NCBI GenBank assembly: GCA_965214745.1
Contig: OZ243978.1
Location: forward strand, 2,807,554 to 2,871,553
DNA: 64,000 nucleotides
Origin: Dehalococcoidia bacterium
GTDB lineage: Bacteria; Chloroflexota; Dehalococcoidia; Lucifugimonadales; UBA1123
Direction: 5' to 3'
Shown piece after piece: positions 42,301-51,487 of the stretch. How positions within the stretch are numbered: position 1 is the stretch's first letter; each line of letters begins with the position of its first letter. The notes beneath the pieces are model-generated. The model searched no databases. It saw only the letters and a program-made list of their open reading frames with translations, and was not told the DNA's origin. The position numbers and the translations under genes are program-made.

Positions 42301-42909
42301 ATGACCAGCGGCGGCGCAATCCGAATTTTCGTGGCGGTGGAGCTGTCGGCGGAGATGCGCGCGGCTGCGGGCGATGCGGCGCGCGCCATAGACGCGCTCA
42401 GGATTCGCGGCGCGCGGACGGCGCGGAGCGACGGCGCGCACGTCACGCTCAGGTTCTTGGGCGACGTGGAGCGGCGCAGAGTCGCGGATGTGGAGCGCGC
42501 CATGGCGCTCGCGGCGGCGGGAAGCGAGCCGTTCGAGCTGCGGCTTGCGGAGGGCGGCGCGTTCCCCAACGTCCATAGGGCGCGCGTGGTTTGGCTCGGC
42601 GTGGACGGCGATACGGACAGCCTCGCGCGATTGAGGCGGGAATTGGAGGATCGGCTTGCCGACGCCGGCTTCGGGCGAGAACGGCGGCGCGGACGCTTCG
42701 AGCCGCACGTCACGCTCGCGCGGATTCGAGATAGCGTCGGCGCGGCGGATAGGCGGCGGATTGCGCGGCTCATGTCGCGCGGAGACCACGCCCGCGCCGT
42801 CATGCGCGTCGAATTCGTCAGCCTGATGCAGTCTACGCTTCGCCCAAGCGGAGCGACATACGAGAGGCTGAGCCGGCGGCGTTTGGGCGTCCCGCGCGAC
42901 GCTCGCTGA
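42301..42909 (+). CDS. thpR: RNA 2',3'-cyclic phosphodiesterase (2H family, ThpR/LigT)
   Basis: Two H-x-T-x motifs (HVTLRFLG, HVTLARI). IRIFVAVEL N-terminus. Confidence 0.85.
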   Translation: MTSGGAIRIFVAVELSAEMRAAAGDAARAIDALRIRGARTARSDGAHVTLRFLGDVERRRVADVERAMALAAAGSEPFELRLAEGGAFPNVHRARVVWLGVDGDTDSLARLRRELEDRLADAGFGRERRRGRFEPHVTLARIRDSVGAADRRRIARLMSRGDHARAVMRVEFVSLMQSTLRPSGATYERLSRRRLGVPRDAR

Positions 42910-42932
42910 GGGGGCGGCGGGCGCGTTTCGTC

Positions 42933-42962
42933 TTGTTCGGGCGCTTCGCCCAATGCTATACT
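42933..42962 (+). promoter_or_regulatory. Putative promoter of the small zinc-ribbon gene
   Basis: TTGTTC-N18-TATACT with TG at the extended -10 position (AATGCTATACT). Confidence 0.45.
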
Positions 42963-43008
42963 CTGTCGCCCCGAACGCGGGTCGAGGCGGTATTTCGAGG
43001 AGGGATTC

Positions 43009-43224
43009 GTGGAAGGCAAAGACTTTCCGAAATGTTTGTGTTGCTCGGGCGGAAGGCTGCTTCCCCTGTCCGATTTCGGCAGCCAAGGGGCGCCGATTCA
43101 CTATAAGGCTTGGGTGTGCAGCAACCCGGATTGCGGGTTCAACATCAAGATTCGCAACGGCGACGTCTACCTCAACGAGCCTATCAAGGAGGGGATGGCG
43201 CACTCATCATCGCGCTACCGCTAG
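43009..43224 (+). CDS. Small zinc-ribbon protein (71 aa)
   Basis: Cys pairs CLCC and CSNPDC. GTG start after GAGGAGGG. It has its own promoter-like sequence and a downstream intrinsic terminator. Confidence 0.55.
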   Translation: MEGKDFPKCLCCSGGRLLPLSDFGSQGAPIHYKAWVCSNPDCGFNIKIRNGDVYLNEPIKEGMAHSSSRYR

Positions 43225-43257
43225 CGACTAAGCGCGTTCCCATCCGAAAGCAGCAAG

Positions 43258-43283
43258 CAGCCCGCCTAGCGCGGGCTGTCTTT
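43258..43283 (+). terminator. Rho-independent terminator
   Basis: CAGCCCGC-CTA-GCGGGCTG (8-bp GC-rich stem) followed by TCTTTGG. Confidence 0.65.
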
Positions 43284-43357
43284 GGTCTGGGGCGGCGAGC
43301 GGCCGCGCAACGCTCGCGGCGTTCGGACTTTGCGCATGCGCCTGAGAATCTCCCGCG

Positions 43358-44158
43358 CTAGGCAAGCGCGATGAACGCTCCCCCGACAGCCATGCCCGCG
43401 CCCGCGGCTATGACGAACCAGCCGAATCGAAGCCGACGCGCAAGCGTGGCGAGCGCCCTGATAGTCGCCACGCCAACGGCGGCGGATACGGCAAGCGCGA
43501 AGAGCGCCTCGAACGAGACCTCTACGCTGCCAGTGAGCGCGACGTATGCCCCGGCAACGGCGCTGGCGGGGACGCTAAGCAAAAAGCTGAGCGCGAGCGC
43601 CTCGCGTCGGTCTACGCGGCGGGCGAGAAGAGCGGACACGGTGAGACCGGAGCGGCTCATGCCGGGCAGCGCCGCCACCCCCTGCGCGAAGCCTGTCAGC
43701 GCGGCGTCCACCCAAGTCAGATCGCGCCTGCTGCGATGGCTGGCTGAGCGGCGCGCGCTTGCGCGAAGCTGCGCTCCGCCGGCGACTACCATCAGCGCGC
43801 CGATGGCGGACATAGCCAGCGCGCCGACGCGCTCGGAGAACTCCGACAGCCCGAGCAGCAGCGCCAATCCGATTGGCGCGCTCGCCGCCGTGCCGATGAC
43901 GATGAAGACGACGAGCGGCGTCGGCGCGAGCGGACGGCTCAGCGCGTCGCGCGCGATTGCAAGCGCGTCGCGCCTGTACGCCACGCTCACCGATATGGCG
44001 GTGCCGATATGCAGCCACAGCGCCACGCCTACGGATTCCGCAAGCGGAGCGTCGAACGCGAGCGCGTACACGTATGCGACTACGCCCTCCGAGCTTACGG
44101 GCAGCCACTCCAACGCGCCCTGCATCGCGCCGAGGAGCGCGGCTTGCCACAGGCTCAA
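43358..44158 (-). CDS. uppP: Undecaprenyl-diphosphate phosphatase
   Basis: GAMQGALEWLPVSSEG and LPGMSRSG motifs, multi-TM. Only the last 266 codons or so of the 686-aa track ORF are real. The TTG 44158 start overlaps the kinase stop (TTGA). Confidence 0.8.
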   Translation of the reverse strand: MSLWQAALLGAMQGALEWLPVSSEGVVAYVYALAFDAPLAESVGVALWLHIGTAISVSVAYRRDALAIARDALSRPLAPTPLVVFIVIGTAASAPIGLALLLGLSEFSERVGALAMSAIGALMVVAGGAQLRASARRSASHRSRRDLTWVDAALTGFAQGVAALPGMSRSGLTVSALLARRVDRREALALSFLLSVPASAVAGAYVALTGSVEVSFEALFALAVSAAVGVATIRALATLARRLRFGWFVIAAGAGMAVGGAFIALA

Positions 44159-45552
44159 GACGCGCGCCGCAGGCGGAGCGTGAACGCGCTGCCCTCGCCC
44201 TCCACGCTCGTCGCGCTGATGTCGCCGCCCTGCGCCTGCGCCAGATGCTTGACGATGGCAAGCCCCAGCCCGGAGCCTCCCTCGCGCCGCGCCCTGTCCA
44301 CCTTGTAGAAGCGCTCGAACACGTGCGGCAGATGCTCGCGCGGAATGCCCACGCCGGTGTCCGACACTGCGATCTCGACCCATTGCGAATCGAATGCGGC
44401 GGCAATCTCCACCCGCCCGCCCGACGGCGTGAACTTGAGCGCGTTCTCTACTAGGTTGGAGAGCGCTTGATCGAGCTTGCGCTCCTCCGCCATTACGCGG
44501 GGGAGGTCTCGCGGCAGTCGGCTGACTATCTCCACGCGCGCGGCGCTCGCCTGAACGCCCACTCTCCGCGTCAGCTCGTCCACCACGCGCGCCACGTCCA
44601 CCGGGGACAGGTGAATGGGCATCTGCCCGCTCTCTAGGCTGGCAAGCTCCAGCAGCTCTTCGACGAGCGTAGTCATGCGCGCCACGCTGTCGCGGATGCG
44701 GAGCAGGAAGTCGGCGGCAACCTCGCGGTCGTCGATGCCGCCCTCTTCCAGCAGTTCCAGCAGCGCGCTTGCGGACGCGAGCGGGCTTCTCAGCTCGTGC
44801 GACACGTTGCTTACGAACTCGCGCCGCGTGGTCTCTACCTGCCGCAGGCTGGTCAGGTCTTGGAGCGTGAGCAGCGCGCCGCTTCTGCCCTGTCCGCGAA
44901 TGGGAGACGCGATGACGTTGAGCAGGCGGCGCTGGTGGAGCAGGTCTATCTGCGCGTGTCGCATCGCGCCGCCGTCCGTCGCGCGGGAGACCAGCTCCAG
45001 CAGCTCCGGGTCGCGCACGGATTGCGCCAGCGGCCTGCCCCGCGCGTCTTGCGCGCTGACGCCAAGCATCCGCTCGGCGGCTGGGTTGATGAGCCTCACC
45101 CGCGCATCCTCGTCCAGCGCAACTAGCCCGTCCGCCATTACGTTTATCGCAAGCGCCATCCGGTGGCGCTCGTCTTCCAGATCGCGGACTCTGGATTGAA
45201 TGGCGGCGCTCATTCTGTTGAAGGCGTCGACCGGCTCGCGCCCTTGCGGGGAGGGCGCGCTGGCTCGCGTCGTTAGATCCCCGTCGGCTACGCGAGTGGC
45301 GGCGGCGCTCACGCTGCGGGCTGCGGCGGCGTCTCTGCGCGCTGCGGCAAGCTCCCTGCCAAGTACGACGAGCGCGAGCAGCCCGCCCGCGCCTGCGACG
45401 GCGCACGCGACGCGCCACGCCGTCGCCAACGATGTGGACGCCAAGGCGAGCAGCAGCGCGGACGAGAGCGCAATCGCGGCAAGCGCGGCGAAAGACAGGG
45501 CGCGCGCGCGCAGCGGCGACATCCGCGCTGCTCCCGGCTCGCCTTCGTACAT
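44155..45552 (-). CDS. Sensor histidine kinase (TM-HAMP-PAS-HisKA-HATPase, PhoR-like)
   Basis: H-box SHELRSPL, N-box LVENALKF, G-boxes DTGVGI and GGSGLGLAIV. Confidence 0.88.
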   Translation of the reverse strand: MYEGEPGAARMSPLRARALSFAALAAIALSSALLLALASTSLATAWRVACAVAGAGGLLALVVLGRELAAARRDAAAARSVSAAATRVADGDLTTRASAPSPQGREPVDAFNRMSAAIQSRVRDLEDERHRMALAINVMADGLVALDEDARVRLINPAAERMLGVSAQDARGRPLAQSVRDPELLELVSRATDGGAMRHAQIDLLHQRRLLNVIASPIRGQGRSGALLTLQDLTSLRQVETTRREFVSNVSHELRSPLASASALLELLEEGGIDDREVAADFLLRIRDSVARMTTLVEELLELASLESGQMPIHLSPVDVARVVDELTRRVGVQASAARVEIVSRLPRDLPRVMAEERKLDQALSNLVENALKFTPSGGRVEIAAAFDSQWVEIAVSDTGVGIPREHLPHVFERFYKVDRARREGGSGLGLAIVKHLAQAQGGDISATSVEGEGSAFTLRLRRAS

Positions 45553-45557
45553 CTCCG

Positions 45558-46253
45558 CTACCCGTCGAATCGGTAGCCGACCCCTCGGATGGTGACGATG
45601 CGGCGGGGTTTAGACGGCTCCGGTTCGATCTTCTCTCTCAGCCAGCGCACATGGACGTCTACGGTTCGGGAGTCTCCTATGTAGTCGTGTCCCCAGAGCC
45701 GTTCGAGAATCTGGTTTCGGGTGAACGCCCGCCCGCGGTTGGCGGCGAGCAGAGCCATTAGCGAGAACTCTCGCGGCTTCATCGCAAGCGGTTCGCCGTT
45801 CAACTCCGCCGAGTGGCTTGCGAGGTCTATGGCGAGGTTGCCGGATCGGATAAGCTCGTCGTCGCTTCTGCCGCGCTCCGCTTCAGACGCCGAGCGTCGC
45901 CGCAGCATGTTGCGGACGCGCGCGCGCAGCTCGCCCGGGCTGTGCGGCTTGACGACGTAATCGTCCGCGCCTAGTTCCAGCCCTCTGATGCGGTCTCCTT
46001 CCTCGCCGCGCGCGGAGAGCATGAGGATAGGCACGCTAGACTCTCGCCGCAGGATGCGACACACCTCGAACCCGCTCATGCCCGGCAGCATGACATCGAG
46101 GATGACGAGGTCGGGCGCTCTGCTGCGGGCAAGCTCCAAGCCCGCGCTGCCGTCCGCCGCGGTCAGCACGCGGCAGCCATCCTGCTCCAACGCGAATCGG
46201 AGCGCGAACAGCATGTTCGGGTCGTCCTCGACGACCAAGACGGTGTTGGGCAT
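45558..46253 (-). CDS. OmpR/PhoB-family response regulator
   Basis: Receiver domain (VLVVEDD...DLVILDVMLPG) plus winged-helix C-terminus (TVDVHVRWLREKIE...IRGVGYRF). Confidence 0.92.
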   Translation of the reverse strand: MPNTVLVVEDDPNMLFALRFALEQDGCRVLTAADGSAGLELARSRAPDLVILDVMLPGMSGFEVCRILRRESSVPILMLSARGEEGDRIRGLELGADDYVVKPHSPGELRARVRNMLRRRSASEAERGRSDDELIRSGNLAIDLASHSAELNGEPLAMKPREFSLMALLAANRGRAFTRNQILERLWGHDYIGDSRTVDVHVRWLREKIEPEPSKPRRIVTIRGVGYRFDG

Positions 46254-46394
46254 GGCTCTTGCCTCATCGAGAGTAGAGAATCGCTAGGGGCGAGCATAGA
46301 GCGAGGGGAGCGGCGGATTGCCTAGCGTTGGCTGCTCGGTTGCGATTCGCCCGCCTGCGGAATACTCATTCCTCGCCACTCTGAATTCTGGGAG

Positions 46395-46763
46395 CTAGCT
46401 CACGGGTATTACAGCTCTCTTGTGGGTAGCCTTGCCTATCGGCTTGTCCCCCTCGTGGGCTTCTATCTCGTAGGTAAGGCGGTTGCGGTCCACTTCGGTG
46501 AGCGCCGCGCGAACGGTGACGCGCCCGCCGACGCTCGTGGGCGCGATGTGCCGCAGCCCATCCACCGCGTAGCCGACGCTGGTGTATCCATCCGGCAGAT
46601 TCCCGTCTGTGGCTTGGATGCAGGCGTTCTCCATAAGCCCAAGCAGGTGCGGCGTGGAAAGCACGTCCGCGCCTTGCCTGCCCATGCGATTGGTGGTCAG
46701 CTCCGCGGTGACCTCCACTTCCAGCGTAGCCTCTTGTCCGAGCGCGATGCCTCGCATTGTCAT
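46395..46763 (-). CDS. Hotdog-fold thioesterase (FlK/YbgC-like)
   Basis: LSTPHLLGLMENA...GRVTVRAALTEVDRNRLTYEIEA pattern. ATG 46763 with AAGGAG SD. Confidence 0.65.
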   Translation of the reverse strand: MTMRGIALGQEATLEVEVTAELTTNRMGRQGADVLSTPHLLGLMENACIQATDGNLPDGYTSVGYAVDGLRHIAPTSVGGRVTVRAALTEVDRNRLTYEIEAHEGDKPIGKATHKRAVIPVS

Positions 46764-46844
46764 GTTTTCGATCTCCTTCGTTGGGCGGTCCACAGCCGCG
46801 CAAGACATCATAGTAGCATAGCGCCGCCGCTCCGCGTGTCGCCT

Positions 46845-48779
46845 CTATTCCAGCCCCTCTATCTCCACCGGCTCTATGTCGTCCGCCGGCTCGAAGCCTA
46901 GTATGCGGCTGTAGAAGTACAGTTCCGCTTCCAGTGAGCGGATGATGTTCTCGGAGCGGCGGAAACCGTGTTGTTCGCCCTCGAAGGGGATGTACGCCAC
47001 CGGCAGCCGCTTGGCGCGGAGCGCGGCGAGCATCTCTTCCGCCTGATTGGGCGGCACTACCCTGTCTTCCAAGCCCTGAAACAGGATGATGGGGCATGAG
47101 AGCCGCTCGGTGTGGCGAATGGGCGAGCGCTCGACGTATAGATCGCGCCGCTCGGGGTATGGACCCACCATCGAATCCAGATAGCGCGACTCGAACTTGT
47201 GCGTCTCGGCGGCGAGCGCTTCCAGATCGCTCACGCCGTAGTAGCTGGCGCCCGCTCTGAACACGTCTCGAAAGGTCAGCGCGGCAAGCGTCGTGTATCC
47301 GCCCGCGCTGCCGCCGCGAGCCAGCAGCCTATCGGCGTCCGCCAGCCCCTCGCGCGCGAGATGCAGCGCGGCGTTCACGCAGTCATCCACGTCCACTATC
47401 CCCCACCGCCCGTTGAGCCGCCGTCTGTACGCGGAGCCGTAGCCCGTGCTGCCGCCGTAGTCCACATCGACGACCGCGATTCCGCGACTCGTCCAGAACT
47501 GACAGGCGAGGTCTAGCGCGCCGCTCGCGGCGCCCGTAGGTCCGCCGTGGCTGATTACCAACAGCGGCGGCAGCTCTCCCAACGGCGCGGCGTAGTCTGG
47601 GTTGCGGGGCGCGTAGTGAAAGGCGCGAGCGGTCTCGCCGCCCGTCGTCTCGAACTCTATCGGACGCGGCGCAGATATGTAGGACGCATCCACCGACGCC
47701 GGACGCGACTCGCGCAGCAAGCTCGTCTCGCCGCTTTCGAGGTCTATGGACGCCAGCGAAGTGGGCATAGTGGGCGAGCCTGCCGCCAAGACGACGCGAC
47801 CGTTGGACGCCCGTATGTCGCCGCGAGCCATCTCGGTAAACGGCGCATCCAGCGGGCGCAGTTCCGCGCCGCGCGCGTCCAGCGTCGCCAGCGCCCACCG
47901 CCCCGCCTGCGCGTACTGGCACACGATGCGATCCGCCGACTCTATGGCATACGTCCGCGAGCCGAGCGCCCAGCCCGGAACTCCGAACTCCGCCGTCATC
48001 GGCGCGAGCGCCTCGATGTCGCCGTCTATCCAGCGATACAGATTCCACCAGCCCGTTCTGTCGGATACGAAGTAGAGCGCGCCGTCTGGAGACCATTCGG
48101 GCTGAAACACCGATTCCCCGCGCCGCCCGGCTATCTTCGTCGGGCTGCCCAGCGCGCCGTCTGGCAGTATGGGCGCTATCCAAAGCTGCGTGTCGTCCCA
48201 CGGCATGTTGGGGTGATCCCAAGACAGCCAACACAGCGTAGAGCCGTCCGCGCTGACGCATGGAGCGGCGTAGAAATCGCTGCCGGACACCAGAATCTCG
48301 CCCTCGCCGCCGTCGAGATCGAGCGCCACAATCGAGTTGACGGCTTCCCTATCCGTCTGCCGGTGGTCTTCGCGCACGCAAACTAGGCGGTTGCGGCGCG
48401 CGTCTATCATGCCGTCGGCGTATCGCAGATCGACGCCCGCGGGCGTGATGGGGACGAGCGATTCGCCGCGCCGCTGTCGGTAGACGCGCTGATCCGAGTA
48501 GTTGGCGAAGTAGAGATCGCGCCCAGACGCCCAGAAGCATAGACCGCCGTACTCGTGAACGCGGGTTCGCGCGCTGTACGGCGCGGGTATGGCGTCTTGC
48601 GCGTCGCCGCTAGCGTCGCGCCGAACGACGACGCTCCGCCCGCCCTCGTTCGGGCGCGTCTCCACCCAGTACATCGCATCGCCATCCAGCTGAACCGCGC
48701 CTATGCCAACCGCGTCCTCGACGACGAGCGCGGCGCTGATTGGCGATTTCCAAGTTCCGTATGGGGCTTCGATCCGCAT
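46845..48779 (-). CDS. S9 family serine peptidase (acylaminoacyl-peptidase / DPP-like)
   Basis: N-terminal beta-propeller. C-terminal alpha/beta hydrolase with nucleophile GGSAGG, plus Asp and His (GEQHGF). ATG 48779 with AAGGGAG SD. Confidence 0.85.
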   Translation of the reverse strand: MRIEAPYGTWKSPISAALVVEDAVGIGAVQLDGDAMYWVETRPNEGGRSVVVRRDASGDAQDAIPAPYSARTRVHEYGGLCFWASGRDLYFANYSDQRVYRQRRGESLVPITPAGVDLRYADGMIDARRNRLVCVREDHRQTDREAVNSIVALDLDGGEGEILVSGSDFYAAPCVSADGSTLCWLSWDHPNMPWDDTQLWIAPILPDGALGSPTKIAGRRGESVFQPEWSPDGALYFVSDRTGWWNLYRWIDGDIEALAPMTAEFGVPGWALGSRTYAIESADRIVCQYAQAGRWALATLDARGAELRPLDAPFTEMARGDIRASNGRVVLAAGSPTMPTSLASIDLESGETSLLRESRPASVDASYISAPRPIEFETTGGETARAFHYAPRNPDYAAPLGELPPLLVISHGGPTGAASGALDLACQFWTSRGIAVVDVDYGGSTGYGSAYRRRLNGRWGIVDVDDCVNAALHLAREGLADADRLLARGGSAGGYTTLAALTFRDVFRAGASYYGVSDLEALAAETHKFESRYLDSMVGPYPERRDLYVERSPIRHTERLSCPIILFQGLEDRVVPPNQAEEMLAALRAKRLPVAYIPFEGEQHGFRRSENIIRSLEAELYFYSRILGFEPADDIEPVEIEGLE

Positions 48780-48807
48780 TTCGCGCTCCCTTGCCTTTCG
48801 CATAGAT

Positions 48808-48834
48808 GAATAGGATATGCGGGATAGGATATAC
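48808..48834. repeat. Dispersed GGAT-phased intergenic repeat (REP-like), copy
   Basis: GAATAGGATATGCGGGATAGGATATAC in a divergent spacer. Confidence 0.55.
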
Positions 48835-48893
48835 AGAATACCGAACCGAACATTGTATAATCACCCCAAAGAATAGGCGCGGAGACGAACTAC

Positions 48894-49667
48894 ATGCGCG
48901 AACGCATTGCGCTTTACGAAACTCGCGACGGCGTGGCGTTCGTCACGCTCAACAATCCTGAGCGCCGCAACGCGCTTTCGCGCGCGATGATGGAGCGTCT
49001 GCTGACGTTGCTGGCGCGCGCTGACGAGGACGCCGCCGTTCGCGTCGTCGTGATTCGCGCGCGGGGGACGGCGTTTTGCTCGGGACACGACCTGCGCGAG
49101 CTTGCGGAGTCGGGCGCCGAAGAGCAGCAGCGGCTGTTCGCGCTCTGCACTCGGCTGATGGAGGCGATTCGGCTGATGCCCAAGCCGGTGATAGCGCAGG
49201 CGCAGGGGCTGGCGACGGCGGCGGGCTGCCAGTTGGTGGCGACGTGCGATCTGGCGGTGGCGTCGGAAGATGCCGCGTTCGCCACGCCGGGCGTGAACAT
49301 CGGGCTGTTCTGCACCACGCCCGCGGTAGCGCTTGGGCGAGCCGTACCGAACAAGGTAGCCATGGAGATGCTGCTCACCGGCGAGCCTATCTCGGCGCGC
49401 GCGGCGCTGAACGCCGGCTTGGTGAACCGCGTGGCGGCGGCGGAGTCTCTCGAACGCGAAACCGTCGAGCTGGCGCGCAAGATAGCCGCCGCGCCCGCAA
49501 GCGCCGTATCCATAGGCAAGCCGGCGTTCTACGCGCAGATGGCGCTGGACCGCCCGGACGGATACGACCTAGCGCAGCGCGTCATGGTGGAAAACCTCCA
49601 GCAATCGGACGCGACGGAGGGCATCCGCGCCTTTCTGGAAAAGCGCCGCCCAAACTGGACTAGCTAG
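48894..49667 (+). CDS. Enoyl-CoA hydratase/isomerase (crotonase) family protein
   Basis: VAFVTLNNPERRNAL, FCSGHDL and GLATAAGCQL oxyanion-hole regions. Confidence 0.88.
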   Translation: MRERIALYETRDGVAFVTLNNPERRNALSRAMMERLLTLLARADEDAAVRVVVIRARGTAFCSGHDLRELAESGAEEQQRLFALCTRLMEAIRLMPKPVIAQAQGLATAAGCQLVATCDLAVASEDAAFATPGVNIGLFCTTPAVALGRAVPNKVAMEMLLTGEPISARAALNAGLVNRVAAAESLERETVELARKIAAAPASAVSIGKPAFYAQMALDRPDGYDLAQRVMVENLQQSDATEGIRAFLEKRRPNWTS

Positions 49668-49681
49668 AGCGAGGATATGCG

Positions 49682-50635
49682 ATGAAAGTAGTTGTCGCCA
49701 GCCTATTCGGAGACGGTTTCGAGGAAAGCCTGACACGCGAGTTTCCGGGCGTGGAGTTCGCGTTCGCCGAGTCCGATGAGGAGCAGGCGAGCGCGATTCG
49801 AGACGCGGACGCCTTCATGGGAATGCCGAGCCGAGAGGCGCTCGCGTCCGCCGAGCGGCTTCGCTGGATGCACTGCCCCGGCACGGGCATCGACACGCTG
49901 ATAGGCGTTCCTGAGATAATCGACAGCGACGTAGTCCTGACGAACGCGCGCGGTCCCCACGCCGCGCCGATGGCGGATCACGTCATGGCGGTATGCCTCG
50001 CGTTCGCGCACAAGACGAACGAGATGATGGCTGACCAGCGCGCCCGCGTTTGGGACACCGGCAAGTACGACCGCGGCATAGTGGAGATGGCGGGCGGCGC
50101 GATGGGCATTCTCGCGCTCGGCGGCATCGGCTCCGCAGTGGCGCGCCGCGCGGCGGGGTTCGGGATGAAGGTGTACGCGGTGGACAAGAACCCCGCCGCG
50201 CCGCCGCCGTTCGTGGAAGAGGTCTGGGGGCTGGACAGGCTGGACGATCTGCTGGCGATGTCCGACTGGTTCGTGGTGACCGCGCCGTACACGACGGAAT
50301 CTCGAGGCATGATAGACGCGGAGCGGCTCGCGCTGATGAAGCCGACGGCGCATCTAGTAGTTATCTCGCGCGGCGGCATAGTGGACGAAGCCGCGCTGTT
50401 CGACGCGCTCTCCAACCGTCGAATCGCGGGCGCGGCGATAGACGCCTTCGAGGAAGAGCCGCTGCCTCCGGATAGCGCGTGGTGGGGGCTGGACAACGTA
50501 ATCATCTCGCCCCACGCCTCCGCGCTGACAGCGGAGATGTGGGAAGGTCGGCGCGAGATATTCCGCGAGAACCTGCGACGATTCCTAGCCGATGAGCCGT
50601 TCTTGTACGTGTGCGACAAGACGGCGGGGTTCTAA
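49682..50635 (+). CDS. D-isomer-specific 2-hydroxyacid dehydrogenase family protein
   Basis: NAD fold GILALGGIGSAVARR. Catalytic region ISRGGIVDE...DAFEEEPLP...SPHAS. Confidence 0.85.
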   Translation: MKVVVASLFGDGFEESLTREFPGVEFAFAESDEEQASAIRDADAFMGMPSREALASAERLRWMHCPGTGIDTLIGVPEIIDSDVVLTNARGPHAAPMADHVMAVCLAFAHKTNEMMADQRARVWDTGKYDRGIVEMAGGAMGILALGGIGSAVARRAAGFGMKVYAVDKNPAAPPPFVEEVWGLDRLDDLLAMSDWFVVTAPYTTESRGMIDAERLALMKPTAHLVVISRGGIVDEAALFDALSNRRIAGAAIDAFEEEPLPPDSAWWGLDNVIISPHASALTAEMWEGRREIFRENLRRFLADEPFLYVCDKTAGF

Positions 50636-50647
50636 GCGGGCAGCCCT

Positions 50648-51436
50648 CTACCGCCCCTCGAACGCCGGCTCGCGCCGTTCTAGGAACGCGCGGACGCCCT
50701 CGGCGCGGTCTTCGGTGGCGCCGGCGGCGGCGCTCGCCTGCCCTTCCATCCACAGCTGATCTTCGAGCGCGCGGGTGTGGGCGGAATACGCCAGCTTCTT
50801 GGTGAGCGCGTGCGCGACGGACGGACCGCGGGCGAGCCGCTGAGCCAAATCCATGGCGCGCTCGGCAAGCTCGTCGTCCGGCGAGACGCGGCTGACCAGC
50901 CCAATGCGCTCGGCTTCGGCGGCGTCTATGATGTCACCCGTGTACATCAGTTCCATTGCGCGAGACATGCCCACCGCGAGCGGCAGGAGCTGCGTGCATC
51001 CATAGTCGGGCGACAGCGCGCGCTTGGCGAATATGGCGGAAAACTTGGCGCTCTCGGCCGCGATGCGTATGTCGCATGCGAGCGCAAGCCCAAGCCCCGC
51101 GCCGACCGCCGCTCCGTTGACGGCGGCTACGGTCGGGCGCGGGAACCGCTGAATCAGCAGCGACGGGAATCCGAGCGGCATCCCCTTCTTGCCGAGCGTC
51201 TCGGTTCCCGGCGTATGCCCCTGCCCTTTGGGGGCGGTGAGGTCCGCGCCCGCGCAGAACCCGCGCCCCGCGCCGGTAATCAGCAGCGCGCGAACGCCGT
51301 CCTCGCGGCAAGAGCGGATTGCCTCCTCTATGCCGTCTATCATCGAGCGGTCGATGGCGTTCAGCTTCTCCGGGCGGTTCAGCGTCACTACGCCGACGTC
51401 GCCCACTCGCTCGTTCAACACGCTGGGGTTGGACAT
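50648..51436 (-). CDS. Enoyl-CoA hydratase/isomerase (crotonase) family protein
   Basis: VGVVTLNRPEKLNAI, FCAGADL, GAAVGAGLGLALACD. ATG 51436 with GGAG SD. Confidence 0.88.
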   Translation of the reverse strand: MSNPSVLNERVGDVGVVTLNRPEKLNAIDRSMIDGIEEAIRSCREDGVRALLITGAGRGFCAGADLTAPKGQGHTPGTETLGKKGMPLGFPSLLIQRFPRPTVAAVNGAAVGAGLGLALACDIRIAAESAKFSAIFAKRALSPDYGCTQLLPLAVGMSRAMELMYTGDIIDAAEAERIGLVSRVSPDDELAERAMDLAQRLARGPSVAHALTKKLAYSAHTRALEDQLWMEGQASAAAGATEDRAEGVRAFLERREPAFEGR

Positions 51437-51487
51437 GTCTCGCTCCATATCATCATCATCATCGGGTTCGGGAAGGTTCGCATGGAT

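Noticed and set aside
43358-45418. 686-aa minus-strand ORF spanning uppP and most of the histidine-kinase gene
   Set aside because: The first 420 residues or so are an Arg/Ala/Gly-rich out-of-frame read through the kinase gene, typical of GC-rich shadow frames. Only the last 266 codons or so (EWLPVSSEG, PGMSRSG motifs) look like a real protein (UppP). A TTG start at the kinase stop fits better.
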